Shown piece by piece: positions 12,651-25,949 of a DNA stretch of 64,000 nucleotides. The notes beneath the pieces are model-generated. The model made no database searches. It was given only the letters and a program-made list of their open reading frames with translations, and had not been told where the DNA came from. Position 1 is the first letter of the stretch; each line of letters opens with the position of its first letter. The stretch is from assembly GCA_964016885.1 (NCBI GenBank), contig OZ024741.1, positions 264,430,001 to 264,494,000 of the forward strand. Direction: 5' to 3'. A program made the position numbers and the translations under genes. Origin of the DNA: Eledone cirrhosa (taxonomy: Eukaryota).

Positions 12651-15170
12651 AGACATGGGGAGACGAAAGCCGTTCAATGGGCCCGGGTGGTGGAGGCGCG
12701 ACGTGGCAACAAGTCCACAATTCGGTCTTTGCCTTTGTGTGCGGCTTTTCAACAGCACTTTGCTTAATTGTTCGGGAGCATGGGCGGGCCGGATCGGAGT
12801 ATGGACTTCAGTGCATACCTCGACGGACTGCCGCGGCTCTCGATGACCGCAGCGCAGTGCTGCAAAAAGCCGATAACAGCAGGTGAAATACAGGAAGCGA
12901 TGTCTGACTGCACGAGGGGTAAATCGCCAGGTTTGGATGGTCTTTATGCGTATATGCTAGACTTCTTCGGTGACCTCTTGGCTGATGTCTACTGCAACTG
13001 GCAGCAGAACGGAAGCATTCCCAGTTTTGTGAGCAGGGTAGCGGTGGCGCTGCTGAGAACAGACCGAACAAGGGGGAAGTTATAGACAACTTCAGGCCCA
13101 TAACTCTGCCAAACGCAGAGTTTAAGATTTTGGCCAAGGTGTTAGCAAAGAGATTGGCGCTTGTCGTCGGTGATCTGGTGGGAGAGGCGCAGACATGCGC
13201 CATTCCGGACAGATCCATACACGACAACCTCCACCTTATGCGATTCATCATAGAGAGGGTGGTTAAGGAAGCTGGCACGGGTGGGGCCCTGATCAACTTG
13301 GATCAATCCAAAACATTCGATAGGGTCGACCATCGGTACCTGGCGGCGGTCCACGAGGCAGCCGGTTTCGGGCCCGTTTTCAGGGGTTGGATCGCTGCGA
13401 TGTACAGCGACATCTGCTCAGTTATGAGGGTGGACGGTCACCTGTCGCAGCCGTTCAGCATCATGCGCTCGGTTCGCCAGGGTTTCTCCCTCTCGTCCCT
13501 CTTGTACGTACTGGCCCTAGAGCCGTTACTGCACAAAGTGAAGATAAGGAGGTCCCACGCGAACTGAAATGCGGAAGATCCGTGTCAGCTTACGCCGCCG
13601 ACGTCACCGTGGTGGTATCGAGCACCAAATACGTACAGATGCTCGGCACCGCTTTCAAGGAATACGAAGCGGTGACAGGAGCAAAGATAAACCAGGATAA
13701 GTCGGTGGGCTTGCAGCTCGGCACCTGCAGAGGCAAGTCCATGCCGTCCGACAGCGTCGTGGGGCGCTGGACGGAATGACCGGTTAAATTGTTCGGGGTC
13801 TGGTTCGGTCCGGAACTCAAGATGGAGAAAAACTGGAGCGAGGTGACGAGCAGGGTGGCCTCTCTCACCCAGAAATGGGCCGAGAGGAGGCTGTCTCTGA
13901 AAGGTCGGGCGGAGGTGGCGAATGCGTACATAGCGTCCGTCATATTCTACCGCCTGACCTTCGTACCTTGCCCCCGCCCAACTCTGACCAAAATGGAACG
14001 TCTTCTCTTCCGCTTTTTGGGGAAGCGACGTCCTCTCATGGTCAGACGATCCATTTGCTCTCAACACCCTTTGCGTGGAGGACTAGGCATGCCGTGGATG
14101 ATGATGCGCAAACATGCACTGAAGCTGCGACATCTCTGGTGCTTCCTTGACGGTGAACAGGTGTGGTCGCCGTTTGCCAGACGCCCTTTTCCCCAGCTCA
14201 TCTCCTTGACGGAGCTTCAGTACTGGATCAGGAAAAGACCGAGGGATAACGCTTGGAAGCTGGAATGTCTCCAAGCACTCACCACCTTCTACCAGCTGGG
14301 CACTAGTATCGGTGAAACAAACACGTCGGCGTTCTTTAGACGGCTAGTGGAGGGAAAGAGCGACGACCCTGGGCGTCGAAGACGATCAGCTGTTCGCTCT
14401 CTTCAAGAGAACTTTCAGACCGGGGCCTATGGACAACTTCCAGAAATCCCTGGCCTGGCAGTGCTACCGGGGATCGTTGCCGGTTCGGGATAAGCTCTAC
14501 AGGCACGGAGGTGCTGTCAGCCGAGCCTGTCCGAGATGCGCGCAGGGCGACGAACCCGTCCTGCACGCACTCGCTCAGTGCCCGAGGATTGCTGACTTGT
14601 GGAGCTATGTCGAACAGCTGCTGTCGCGTGTAGGACGGATCCGGTTATCGACTGAGTCCTTTGTGCAGATAGCCCCGCCATCCTCCTTTAAAGAGGAGGA
14701 AAGGCAGGCAGTTTTCATCTGCCTGGTGGCCATGGCGAAAGAGATTGTGTGGTGGACAAGGTTGAAAGGGTTAAAGACAGACACTTTCCTCTCCGGCCAA
14801 TCCCTGATTAACTTTTTCAAGTTTCACTTGAAGAGGAAAATCAGGGTGGAGAGGCAAGTGCTGTCCTCTAGTAAGTTTGTTGAAAGGTGGGTGAAAGTGG
14901 CGAGACTGGTCCGAGTGAACGGGCCCGCTCTGAGTATACGCCTGTAGACTGAGGAGTGGGGAAAAGTGAGAGAAGGCGCTTGCCCTGGTGGTCAGGGTGG
15001 CTGTGGTCTTTTGTGTGGTTTTCACCACGAGTGACCCTCGGAGGTTTCCCCTTTCTTGGGGAATTTTTGTTGTTTGAATTTTTTTGGATTTCTAGCTCGA
15101 TTTTGTTATAACCTGTTTACACAAACAAAACCCACTTTGTATCGTCCTGTACTGTTCTGTGCCGTCTCTA
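12651..15170 (+). mobile_element. Tx1/L1-like ORF2 (RT and C-terminal CCHC) with 3'UTR, disrupted
   Basis: KSPGLDG, NLDQSKTFDRVDH, SVRQGFSLS, SAYAADV (catalytic D to A), CPRCAQGDEPVLHALAQCP; several stops and frameshifts. Confidence 0.9.
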
Positions 15171-15189
15171 ATGTTTTTCTTCGGGTCAG

Positions 15190-15465
15190 CCCTTGGCAGT
15201 ATCGGTAGAGGGTCGGACACCATACTTACCAGCATAGTTATGTCCCTTTACGGTCTGAGTTCAAATCCTGTCGACGTTAAATTTGCCTTTCATCCTTACG
15301 GGGTCGATAAAATAAAGTACCAGCAATGTATTGGGTATTTGCTAGCTTTGTGCCAAAAGTAGAAACAATTATTACCAGTAATGTACTGGGTAATTGCTGG
15401 CCTTGTGCCTAAAGTAGAAACAATTATAATTATTATTATTATTATTATCATTATTATTGTTATTA
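15190..15465 (+). mobile_element. tRNA-derived SINE with duplicated 3' end and (TAT)n tail
   Basis: Aligns to the 2730 family; TACCAGTAATGTACTGGG...AGAAACAATTAT occurs twice. Confidence 0.8.
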
Positions 15466-18400
15466 CTCTTTGAGTCTCAGTCATTGATGTTAGTTAACTG
15501 GAAAGTTTGTTGAAATGAATATCAAGCCACTACCTGCAGCCTCAGATATTCAGGACGTATCGGAGGGTTATTGCTGTTCCCAGCAAGCATGCCTTTTGAA
15601 GCGTTCCAAAAAGCTTGAAGGGGCCAATTTTCTTTAACCATCCCTGGAAACGTTTTGAGATAGTCCCTAGTGCGCCTATGACAATCGGGATCACTTTGAC
15701 TTCATGGCAGTTCCAAATCCTTTTTACCTCCCACTTTAAGTCCTGGTATCGGTTAATTTTCTCCCTCTCCTTCTCTTGCACTCACGTGTCGAATGGACAG
15801 GTCACATCCACAATCAGGCACGATCTTTTTTCTTTGTCCAAAACCACCAGGTCAGGTCTACTGTGTTCCAGTTTCTTGTCCGTCTGTATCCTAAAATCCC
15901 ACAGCACCTTCACCTGATCGTTTTCTATCACCGCCCCTGGCTTATGCTCATACCACTTCTCAGAATGTGGTAAATTGTTTACTTTGCATAGGTGCCAGTG
16001 GATCACCCTGCCCATCACATCATGTCTCCAGCCCTTATAGTGAGTCTGGGCTAGGTGTTTACACTCGGATACAATGTGAGCCACAATCTCCTCTCTCTCT
16101 CCACAGATCCTGCACAGTGGGCTAGCCTCCTCCTTGTAAATATGGTGTTTCAACCACTTCGTTTTGAGGGCCTGCTCCTGCGCAGCCATTAACATTCCTT
16201 CTGTAGCCTTTTTAAGGTCTCCTCTTTTCAACCAGTTCCATGTCTGTGGATCTCCAAATTCAGTTTTCTCAAAGAAGGTACTATGAAGGGATTTTTCCTG
16301 AAGGCTGCTCTTTCTCCTTGTTGTTATTTCCTCCTTGGACATCCACTGGCCTATTGTCCCCTCCTTCAGTGCAGTTCTGAGCATTGGCTCCTTACTATCA
16401 GTCACGTATTTGTGTAGGTTGTTTTTCTCCATCTGAACACAGTCCTCTATGCTGATAAGACCTCTTCCACCTTCAGATCTCCTTAAGTAGAGTCTATCGA
16501 CATCACTCCTCTTGTGGAACATATTGTAGATAGTCAATAGCTTCCTAGTCTTCCTATCCATTTCTTTTTGTTCAGCAACATACCATCTCAGAATTCCCGC
16601 ACTGTACCTAATAATAGACACAGCTCGGGAATTTACTGCACTTATGGCATTCCAACTGTTCAGATCTGACTTTAATACGCTCCTTACTCTCCGAATGTAT
16701 TCAGTTCTTATCAATTCCTTCATTTTTTTGTTATTGATGTCATCAGCCTCCAGAACGCCCAAATACTTGTATCCTTCCTCAGAGTCAATTTCCTTTATCA
16801 TCTCACCTATTGGTACCTGGATTATGTTGCTTCTGCTCAACTTACCCCTCCTCATCACAATGACTCCACACTTACTAATACCAAATTGCATACATATATC
16901 ATTGCTGAAAATACGGACAGTGTCAACAAGCACATCCAACTCCTTCTCACTCTTCCCGAAGAGCTTAAGATCGTCCATGAAGAGGAGGTGATTGATGGTA
17001 AGCCCTCCCTTTCCCAACCTGTATCCTGCTCTCACTTTTCGCAGTACACTGGTCAGGGGCATCAGGGCAAGGACAAACAACAGAGGGGACAGACTATCTC
17101 CCTGGAAGATACCTCTCTTGATCTTCACGCTTCCCAAGGATTCTCCAGTTGATGTTAACTCTGTTTCCCAGGACTTCATACTTTTGCCCAACAACTGTCT
17201 GATGTTATCTGCCACCTTGAAGATCTCCAGGTTTTTGGTGATCCAAGAATGAGGCACCATGTCAAATGCCTTTTTGTAGTCTATCCATCCCATGGCAAGA
17301 CCAGTGTGTCTCCTCTTGCAATTCCTCATTACCATCTTATCAATAAGTAACTGGTCCTTTGTATCACGTCACTTCTTTCGACATCCTTTCTGTTCGTCCG
17401 GTAACAAGTTGTTTGTGTGGAGGTGATGGTAGATTTCCTCAGACATAATGCTTGTCAACAGTTTCCACATTACGGACAGACATGTGATAGGTCTATAGTT
17501 GGTAACATCATTACCCTTGATTCGGTCTTTCATTATCAGAACTGTGGTACCTTTTGTCAACCACTCTGGTACCTCACCTGACATCAAGCAGTCATTGAAC
17601 ATGGTTGTCAGTTTCGGGTGGAGGGGTGTTATGTTTTTAATCCAATACCCCTGCACACCATCTGGGCCAGGTGATTTCCAATTGGTTAGTTTTTTGGCCT
17701 GCCCCTTAAGAGTTTCAACTGTGATACTCAAATCAGTTTGTTGGTGTGCCTGTTCACTGATCTCCTTCTGTACTGTCTCAATCCACACTGCCTGGTCATT
17801 ATTTTTAACATATTCCTCTCCAGAATGTTTTAGTTTGTTCCGCCTCAGGGATCAAGTCGTTGCCTCTTTCTTTCCCTTCAAACTGTCCAAACAGCATCTT
17901 CTGGTTGTTGTCGAACATGCAGTTCTGTCTATACTGACTGACTCTGTTCTCGTATCGCCTGATTTTTGCACTCTTTGCTACAATGCGTTGCTTCAGTTCC
18001 TGTATGATAATATTTAGCTTTTTCCTCCTAGTTTTGTACTTTATTTCCAGTCTATTTTTAGTGTCTATGTTTTTTAGTGTCCCATTCAGTAGGGACTCAA
18101 GCTTTCCAATGTCATTTCTCATTTCCCTGATTTTACCACTCAGTCGTTTCTTCCACCAAGGCTCTGCTCTTTCTTGTCTGTTGTTTCCTCTCGCTTTTAT
18201 ACCAAGTAGTTTCCTCACCGTATTTGCTGTTGCTTTGAGGATATTGTTGCACTGGTGAAGGCTCCTCGCCTCAAGGTATGTGATGACTTTGTTTACCTTA
18301 GCTGTTGTTTCTTTTAACTTTTTCCTGTCTACAAATCTTAGGTTCATAGGTCTCCCACTATCATTGTTCAATTCATCTACCACTAAGTTTAGGATATCTA

Positions 18401-18972
18401 CCAAATCTTGTCCTAGCCTGTCAGCATTCATCTCCTCAGTGGCCGTATCTCTGTTCCAGGTATTATTTATCTCAGCATTCAGATCAATGTCTGCTTCATG
18501 TGGTTCCTCCGTTCTCTCGACCTCTTCACCTTCATTTCCCACTGGCTCGTTTGCCTGGCATACTCCACCCTCCATCTCCAAGCTAATCTCTCTGCTCAGT
18601 TCCTCCAGTTCCAGCTCGCTTATCCATCCATTAGTTCTTATTACCCGAGCCTGCCCGGCCAGTTTTTGTTCATCTAATTTAAACAGACCAATCTCGTTCC
18701 AGATGTTATGCATCCGTCTCCTATAGCCTTTCTCCTTGGGGTTACTCTTCAGGTAACATTGCATAACAGTTCTATTCAATTCTTTCGTCCAGTTGGTTCT
18801 GGTCCCTTTCCTTCTTCTTCTTCCTCCGACACCAGCAGTATTTGGTTGACAGCCAGGTCCCTGCTGCTGAGCCAGGCAGCACCTGTTGGGTGAGAGTCTG
18901 TCACATGACATTCTAGTCTCCATTTCACCGTTATTCGAACTGTTTAGGTTCGACACTTAAACACTCTTATCG
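15466..18972 (-). mobile_element. Near full-length R4/Dong-type non-LTR element (single ORF: Myb-like N-terminus, RT, CCHC, restriction-like endonuclease), with a few disablements
   Basis: WTKELNRTVMQCY; NWKSPGPDGVQGYW; IDYKKAFDMVPH; GIFQGDSLSP; HLLFMDDLKL; CRICG...HIVSEC; RHD; RPDLVVLDK...IVDVTCPFD; 3' end runs into (TAA)n. Confidence 0.88.
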
Positions 18973-21900
18973 AGCATTCAGGTTAGTGGCCGTCTATGCC
19001 CCGACAGGAGCAGGGCGGCCTGATTTCTTCCGGCGTCTGGAGACCTTTCTTGGAACGTCCCGTTCTTTAGTGTTAGTGGGCGACTGGAACGGGATCTTAG
19101 ATGCACGCTGGGATTGTGTGGGATTAGTGGATAGGGGAGGAGGGTGCAAGAGTCTCACCAACCTGCTCAGGCGTTTTGAACTGTCTGACAGGTACCGATT
19201 GGATTTCCCGAATGTACCAATGTGGACTTGGACAAATTGCATAGGGTCATCCAGATCATATCTAGATAGAGTATTTTGTAGGGAAATAGATAGGTCTAGC
19301 ATAGGCTGTCCACAATTCAAGATAGTCAGCTACACGGACCACAAATTCGTGATCTGTGTGCTTGACTTAGATAGGCTTCATAGACGAGGACCCGGCTACT
19401 GGAAGCTAAACGCGTCCTTACCAGCGCGCAAGGCCTACAGAGACCGGATTAGCGAACTAGTTAAGCGGGCGTTGGCGGGGGCCATCGTCTACAACAAGTG
19501 GTGGTTTGCTCTGAAAAGAGCAATTATAATAGAGTCCATTAGGTTTAGTAAGGCTTTAGCAATAGAGAAAAATAGAGCAGAGGGAGAATTAGTTAGAAAA
19601 TTAGACGAGGCGCTTTGCAAAGGCATCGCGACCGACGTACTTGCGGCGAAATTGGCCCTTGACCAATTCTTCAATGCAAAGCACGAAGGCTGCGTTGTCA
19701 GAGCTAGGGTGCGTGCTCTCAGACACGAGGGGACGAAAGCCGTTCAATGGGCCCGAGTGGCGGAGGCGCGTCGTGGCAACAAAGCCACGATCCGGTCTTT
19801 GGTGGACCACGATGGGCGCATGCTACTCGATCACGGGCAAATGTGTGAAGCTTTTCAGCGACACTTCGCTCAACTGTTCGGGGCCAGTGGCGGGCCGGGT
19901 CGAGGGATAGACTTTAGTGTCTACCTCGACGGACTGCTGCGGCTCTCGGCCACTGAGGCGGAGTGTTGCGAAAAGCCGATAACAGCCGCTGAAGTACGGG
20001 AGGCAATGACTGGCTGCACAAGGGGTAAATCGCCTGGTTTGGATGAACTGCCCTATGAACTTTACGTACAAATGCCAGACTTGTTCCTCTTGACGGACGT
20101 CTACTGCAACTGGCAACAGAACGGGAGAATTCCCAGCTCTGTGAGCCGAGGAGCGGTGGCGCTGCTGAGAAAGGATCCGAACAAGGGGGATATCATAGAT
20201 AATTTTAGGCCCATAACTCTGCTAAATACAGAGTTCAAGATTTTGGCCAAGGTGCTAGCAAAGAGGTTGGCGCTTGTCGTTGGTGGTCTGGTGGAAGAGG
20301 CGCAGACATGCGCCATTCCCGACAGATCCATCCATGACAACCTCCACCTCATGCGATACATCGTAGAGAGGGTAGCTAGGGAACCTGGCACGGGTGGGTC
20401 CTTGATCAATTTAGATCAGTCGAAAGCCTTCTATAGGGTCGACCATCGTTACCTAGCGGCAGTCCTGAGGGCGGCTGGCTTTGGGCCCGTCTTCAGAGGC
20501 TGGATCGCTGCCATGCATAGCGACATCTGCTCTGTGGTGAGAGTGAACGGTCACCTTTCGGAACCGTTCAACATCATGCGCTCGGTCCGCCAAGGATGTC
20601 CCCTCTCGTCCCTCTTGTACGTATTGACTCTCGAGCCATTACTGCACAAACTGGAGACGTTGAGGGGGGTCCCGCGCGAACTAGGATGCGGAAGATCCGT
20701 GTCAGCATATGCGGACGATGTCACCGTAGTGGTGTCGAACGCCAAACACATCGAGGCGATCGGCACTACACTAAGAGAATACGAAGCGGTGACAGGAGCA
20801 ATGATCAACCAGGAAAAGTCAGTGGGCCTGCAGCTCGGCACCTGAAGAGGGACGTCCATGCCGTCCAACAGCGTCGTCGAGCGCTGGACGGACGGGCCGG
20901 TTAAATTGGTAGGGGTCTGGTTCGGTCCGGACCTCCAGACGGACAAAAACTGGGACGAGGTGACGAGCAGGGTAGCTTCTCTCACCCAGAAATGGGCGGA
21001 GAGGAAGCTATCCCTGAAAGGTCGAGCGGAGGTGGCTAACGCGTACATCGCGTCCGTCATCTACTACCGCCTGACCGTCGTACCTTGTCCTAAGCCCCGC
21101 CTGACTGCGCTGGAGCGTCTGCTCTTCAGCTTTTTGTGGAAGGGACGCGCTCCGATGGTCAGGCGTTCCATCTGCTGTCAACACCCGCTACGTGGAGGAC
21201 TGGGCATGCTGTGGCTGATGATGCGCAGACACGCGCTCAGGCTGCGACATCTCCACCTCTTCCTCGACGGTGATCAGGTGTGGTCGCCGTTTGCTAGACG
21301 CGACTTTCCCCAGCTCGTCTCCTTGGCGGAGCTGCAGTCCTGGGTCAAGCGAAGACCGAGAGGGAGCGCTTGGGGACTGGAATGTCTTCAGGCGCTCACA
21401 GCCCTCGACCAATCGGGCAATGTGATCGGTGGAAACTCCACCTTGGCGTTCTATAGAGGATTAGTGGAGGGGAAGAACGACGACGTACTTGGAGAAACTC
21501 TAGGCGTCGACGCAAATCAACTAGCCAATCTCTTCGGACGGACTTTCGGGCCGGGGCCTTTGACAACTTCCAGAAATCCCTGGCCTGGCAGTGCTACCGG
21601 GGAGCTTTGCCAGTTCGGGATAAACTCTACAGGCATGGAGGTGCCGTCAGCCGGGCATGTCCGAGATGCGCGCAGGGCGACGAAACCATCCTGCACGCAC
21701 TCGTCCAGTGTCCGAGTATTGCTGACTTGTGGGTTTATGTCGAACACCTGCTGTCACGTGTAGGACGGATCCGGCTATCAGCTGAGTCCATCGTGAGGAT
21801 TGCCCCGCCCTCTTCCTTTAGCCGGGAAGGGCAGGCAGTTTTTATCTGTCTGGTGGCCATGGCGAAAGAGATAGTATGGTGGACACGTTTGAAAGGGCTG

Positions 21901-22317
21901 AAGACGAGCACTTACCTCTTCGGTGATGCCCTGATTAACTTTTTCAAATTTCATTTGAAAAGGAAAATCAGGGTAGAGAGGGAAGTGCTCTCTTCCCAGC
22001 ATTTTGTTGAAAGATGGGTGAGAGAAGCAAGTATGGCCCGAGTGAATGGGCCTACTTTGAGTATATGTCTGTAAATTAAAGGTGGAAAACTGGGAGAGGG
22101 CACTTGCCCTGGTGGTCAGGGTCACTGTGGTCTTTTAATGGGCTTTCTCCACAAATGTCCCTCGGAAGTCTCCCCCCTATTGGGGAATTTTTCTTTGTTA
22201 TTTTATTACATCCTCTGTTTTTTTTACACGCAGAAATGCCCATTTGTACCGTCCTGTATTGTCCTGTACTGTCCTTAATGTCTACTTTATGTAAACCCTT
22301 GTGGTTAATAAAGAAAA

Positions 22318-22365
<48 letters not shown>

Positions 22366-22371
22366 TATTAT
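18973..22371 (+). mobile_element. 5'-truncated Tx1/L1-like element: ORF2 (EN-RT-CCHC), 3'UTR, AATAAA and (TAT)n tail
   Basis: ORFs 18986-20845, 20858-21763 and 21607-22074; GDWN, TDH, QGCPLS, SAYADDV, CPRC...HALVQC; one stop (20843) and one frameshift (~21560). Confidence 0.92.
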
Positions 22372-22384
22372 TCTCATTCTTCTT

Positions 22385-22840
22385 CACCCACTTATTCCTG
22401 GGAGGGTGATGGGGGCAAGCTGCTTAGACACTCCTTCCAGCGGGTCTTGTCAGAAGCAACCGTCTCCAACTGATCCGGCTGGATGTTATCCAACCATCTT
22501 GCTCGAAGTCTTCCCCTGGAACTCCTGCCAGTTGATTTTGACCATAAAATCTGTCCAGCGATTCTTTCCTGAGACATTTTAACCACATTCCCATAGTATT
22601 GGAACTGTGACTTCTCATTTCGGATAAGTAGCGGCTCTACCTGAAGCGACTCTCTGATATCCGAGCTACACTCTCTATTGAGTAACGTTACTCCAATGAC
22701 CCTTCAGAGGAAGCCCATTTCGACCGCTTGTATTCGCGATTGTATTCTTTCGGTCATTAATCAACATTCATGGCTATGGGAAGGGGTTGGCACAAATACC
22801 GAATTGAAGACGGCAAGTTTGGCTTTTACGCCTACATCTC
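22385..22840 (-). mobile_element. RTE-clade 3' fragment, tail-to-tail with the Tx1 copy
   Basis: VKMSQERIAGQILWSKSTGRSSRGRLRARWLDNI; homologous to 35900-36320. Confidence 0.7.
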
Positions 22841-23000
22841 TTCTGAAAAAAAAAAACAGTGCTAATCATCTAAATTCGAGAAAGAAACTAGTACTATTAT
22901 TAGTTGAAAACAATGAGATTGTGACTGATCCTTCTCAAAATTAGAATAAACTCCTTCATTAAAAGAGTGTAAATGACAGAAACAATAAATTAACATGTAT

Positions 23001-25187
23001 TAGTTGAGTGCTGAAAAGTTCCTGGCTTTAAAGATATCGCGAAAGGGTAGAGCTGTTACCTTTACACTGGCAGTAGGACAGCTGCAATCAGTGTGTGTGA
23101 ATTTGAGAGGGGAATATGTTGAATAAAATCACAATTAACTGATCCTCCGGTATTTTCTTTTAACTGATACTCCGGTATTTTCTTTTAACTCATCCTCCAG
23201 TATTTTCTTTTAACTCATCCTCCAGTATTTTCTTTTAACAGATACTCCAGTATTTTCTTTTAACTGATACTCCGGTATTTTCTTTTAACTGATACTCCAG
23301 TATTTTCTTTTAACAGATACTCCAGTATTTTCTTTTAACTGATACTCCGGTATTTTCTTTTAACTGATACTCCAGTATTTTCTTTTAATTGATACTCCAG
23401 TATTTTTTTTTAACTGATACTCCAGTATTTTCTTTTAACTCATCCTCCAGTATTTTCTTTTAACTCATCCTCCAGTATTTTCTTTTAACTGATACTCCGG
23501 TATTTTCTTTTAACAGATACTCCGGTATTTTCTTTTAACTCATCCTCCAGTATTTTCTTTTAACTGATACTCCGGTATTTTCTTTTAACAGATACTCCAG
23601 TATTTTCTTTTAATTGATACTCCGGTATTTTCTTTTAACTGATACTCCAGTATTTTCTTTTAACTCATCCTCCAGTATTTTCTTTTAACTGATACTCCGG
23701 TATTTTCTTTTAACAGATACTCCAGTATTTTCTTTTAATTGATACTCCGGTATTTTCTTTTAACTGATACTCCAGTATTTTCTTTTAACTCACCCTCCAG
23801 TATTTTCTTTTAACTCATCCTCCAGTATTTTCTTTTAACTGATACTCCGGTATTTTCTTTTAACAGATACTCCAGTATTTTCTTTTAACTGATAATCCAG
23901 TATTTTCTTTTAACTGATACTCCAGTATTTTCTTTTAATTGATACTCCGGTATTTTCTTTTAACAGATACTCCAGTATTTTCTTTTAACTGATACTCCGG
24001 TATTTTCTTTTAACTGATACTCCAGTATTTTCTTTTAATTGATACTCCGGTATTTTCTTTTAACTGATACTCCAGTATTTTCTTTTAACTCATCCTCCAG
24101 TATTTTCTTTTAACTCATCCTCCAGTATTTTCTTTTAACTGATACTCCGGTATTTTCTTTTAACTCATCCTCCAGTATTTTCTTTTAACTGATACTCCAG
24201 TATTTTCTTTTAACTCATCCTCCAGTATTTTCTTTTAACTCATCCTCCAGTATTTTCTTTTAACTGATACTCCGGTATTTTCTTTTAACTCATCCTCCAG
24301 TATTTTCTTTTAACTGATACTCCAGTATTTTCTTTTAACTCATCCTCCAGTATTTTCTTTTAACTCATCCGCCAGTATTTTCTTTTAACAGATACTCCAG
24401 TATTTTCTTTTAACTGATACTCCGGTATTTTCTTTTAACTGATACTCCAGTATTTTCTTTTAATTGATACTCCGGTATTTTCTTTTAACTGATCCTCCAG
24501 TATTTTCTTTTAACTCATCCTCCAGTATTTTCTTTTAACTCATCCTCCAATATTTTCTTTTAACTGATACTCCAGTATTTTCTTTTAACTCATCCTCCAG
24601 TATTTTCTTTTAACTCATCCTCCAGTATTTTCTTTTAACTGATACTCCAGTATTTTCTTTTAACTCATCCTCCAGTATTTTCTTTTAACTGATACTCCAG
24701 TATTTTCTTTTAACTCATCCTCCAGTATTTTCTTTTAACTCATCCTCCAGTATTTTCTTTTAACTGATACTCCGGTATTTTCTTTTAACTCATCCTCCAG
24801 TATTTTCTTTTAACTGATACTCCAGTATTTTCTTTTAACTCATCCTCCAGTATTTTCTTTTAACTCATCCTCCAGTATTTTCTTTTAACTCATCCTCCAG
24901 TATTTTCTTTTAACTGATACTCCGGTATTTTCTTTTAACTCATCCTCCAGTATTTTCTTTTAACTGATACTCCAGTATTTTCTTTTAACTCATCCTCCAG
25001 TATTTTCTTTTAACTCATCCTCCAGTATTTTCTTTTAACTGATACTCCGGTATTTTCTTTTAACTCATCCTCCAGTATTTTCTTTTAACTGATACTCCGG
25101 TATTTTCTTTTAACTCATCCTCCAGTATTTACTTTTAACTGATACTCCGGTATTTTCTTTTACCCAAAATCTTTCAGCACCCGGTAT
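23001..25187. mobile_element. Tc1/mariner-derived MITE with an internal minisatellite expansion
   Basis: Imperfect TIRs GTGCTGAAAAG (23008) and CTTTCAGCAC (25171), TA-flanked. Confidence 0.6.
23137..25161. repeat. 25-bp minisatellite, ~81 copies (AACTGATACTCCAGTATTTTCTTTT and variants)
   Basis: 2025 bp with constant 25-bp phase. Confidence 0.97.
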
Positions 25188-25949
25188 AAATAATATTCTA
25201 TGGAGAGACAATGTCACGTTTAATTAATATCACAGAAGCTCCCTTTGGAGAGGAAAATACAGAATGAAGGGAAATATTATATACAGGGTCATTGCTAATG
25301 CATTTGGGAATCTGGCTGAAAAACTGCAGGCTGGGGAAGTATGAGCAAGGTACTTGATTATTTGTCACTGATACAAATAACTGAATTTCAATCGGTGACA
25401 GCTTATTAATCTCTATCAACAAACTCTCACTGGGAAATCGATACATCAAACCGGTTGACATTTTCCGAAACAAAGTTAATAAGCAAGAACAAAGCCACTC
25501 ATATGGCAAAGAAGTATCGGTCAATTGAATGTCAGAATCTAATGTATGAACTGTATATAGACTATCTAAACCTACTACTATAGAAATTCTATGATGCCAA
25601 CAATATACTTATAGATGAATAAACAACAAGAATGATATTGTTGATATGACAGCGGTCCTAGAGGAATAATACTAGACAGGTCGTATACATTAGATTCTGC
25701 TAATGGCTGCACATTAGATGATGTAGTATATAGTTTGAGATGAACAATGTCTGAAATGACGAAATAGTCACGCTTAAAAAAAAACCTTTGCTCATAGGAA
25801 CTGCTTGATCTGAGCTGCTCTGACACTAAACAATAACAACTGAAACAACCATGCAAGATTACAAGAATGGTTCAATTATAAAAAGAAAACCCAACAAAAT
25901 TAGAATTTAGCGTTTCGCTCTAACGTAGTGGATACATAAATGCATTCGT

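Noticed and set aside
10351-15170. Twin-priming inversion of a single LINE transcript
   Set aside because: Overlapping inverted and forward ORF2 segments are clearly divergent, and the inverted part also contains ORF1.
25198-25900. Short ORFs or possible ancient LINE remnant (also 22845-22945 and 38500-38850)
   Set aside because: Only vague motif resemblance; cannot be supported without a database search.
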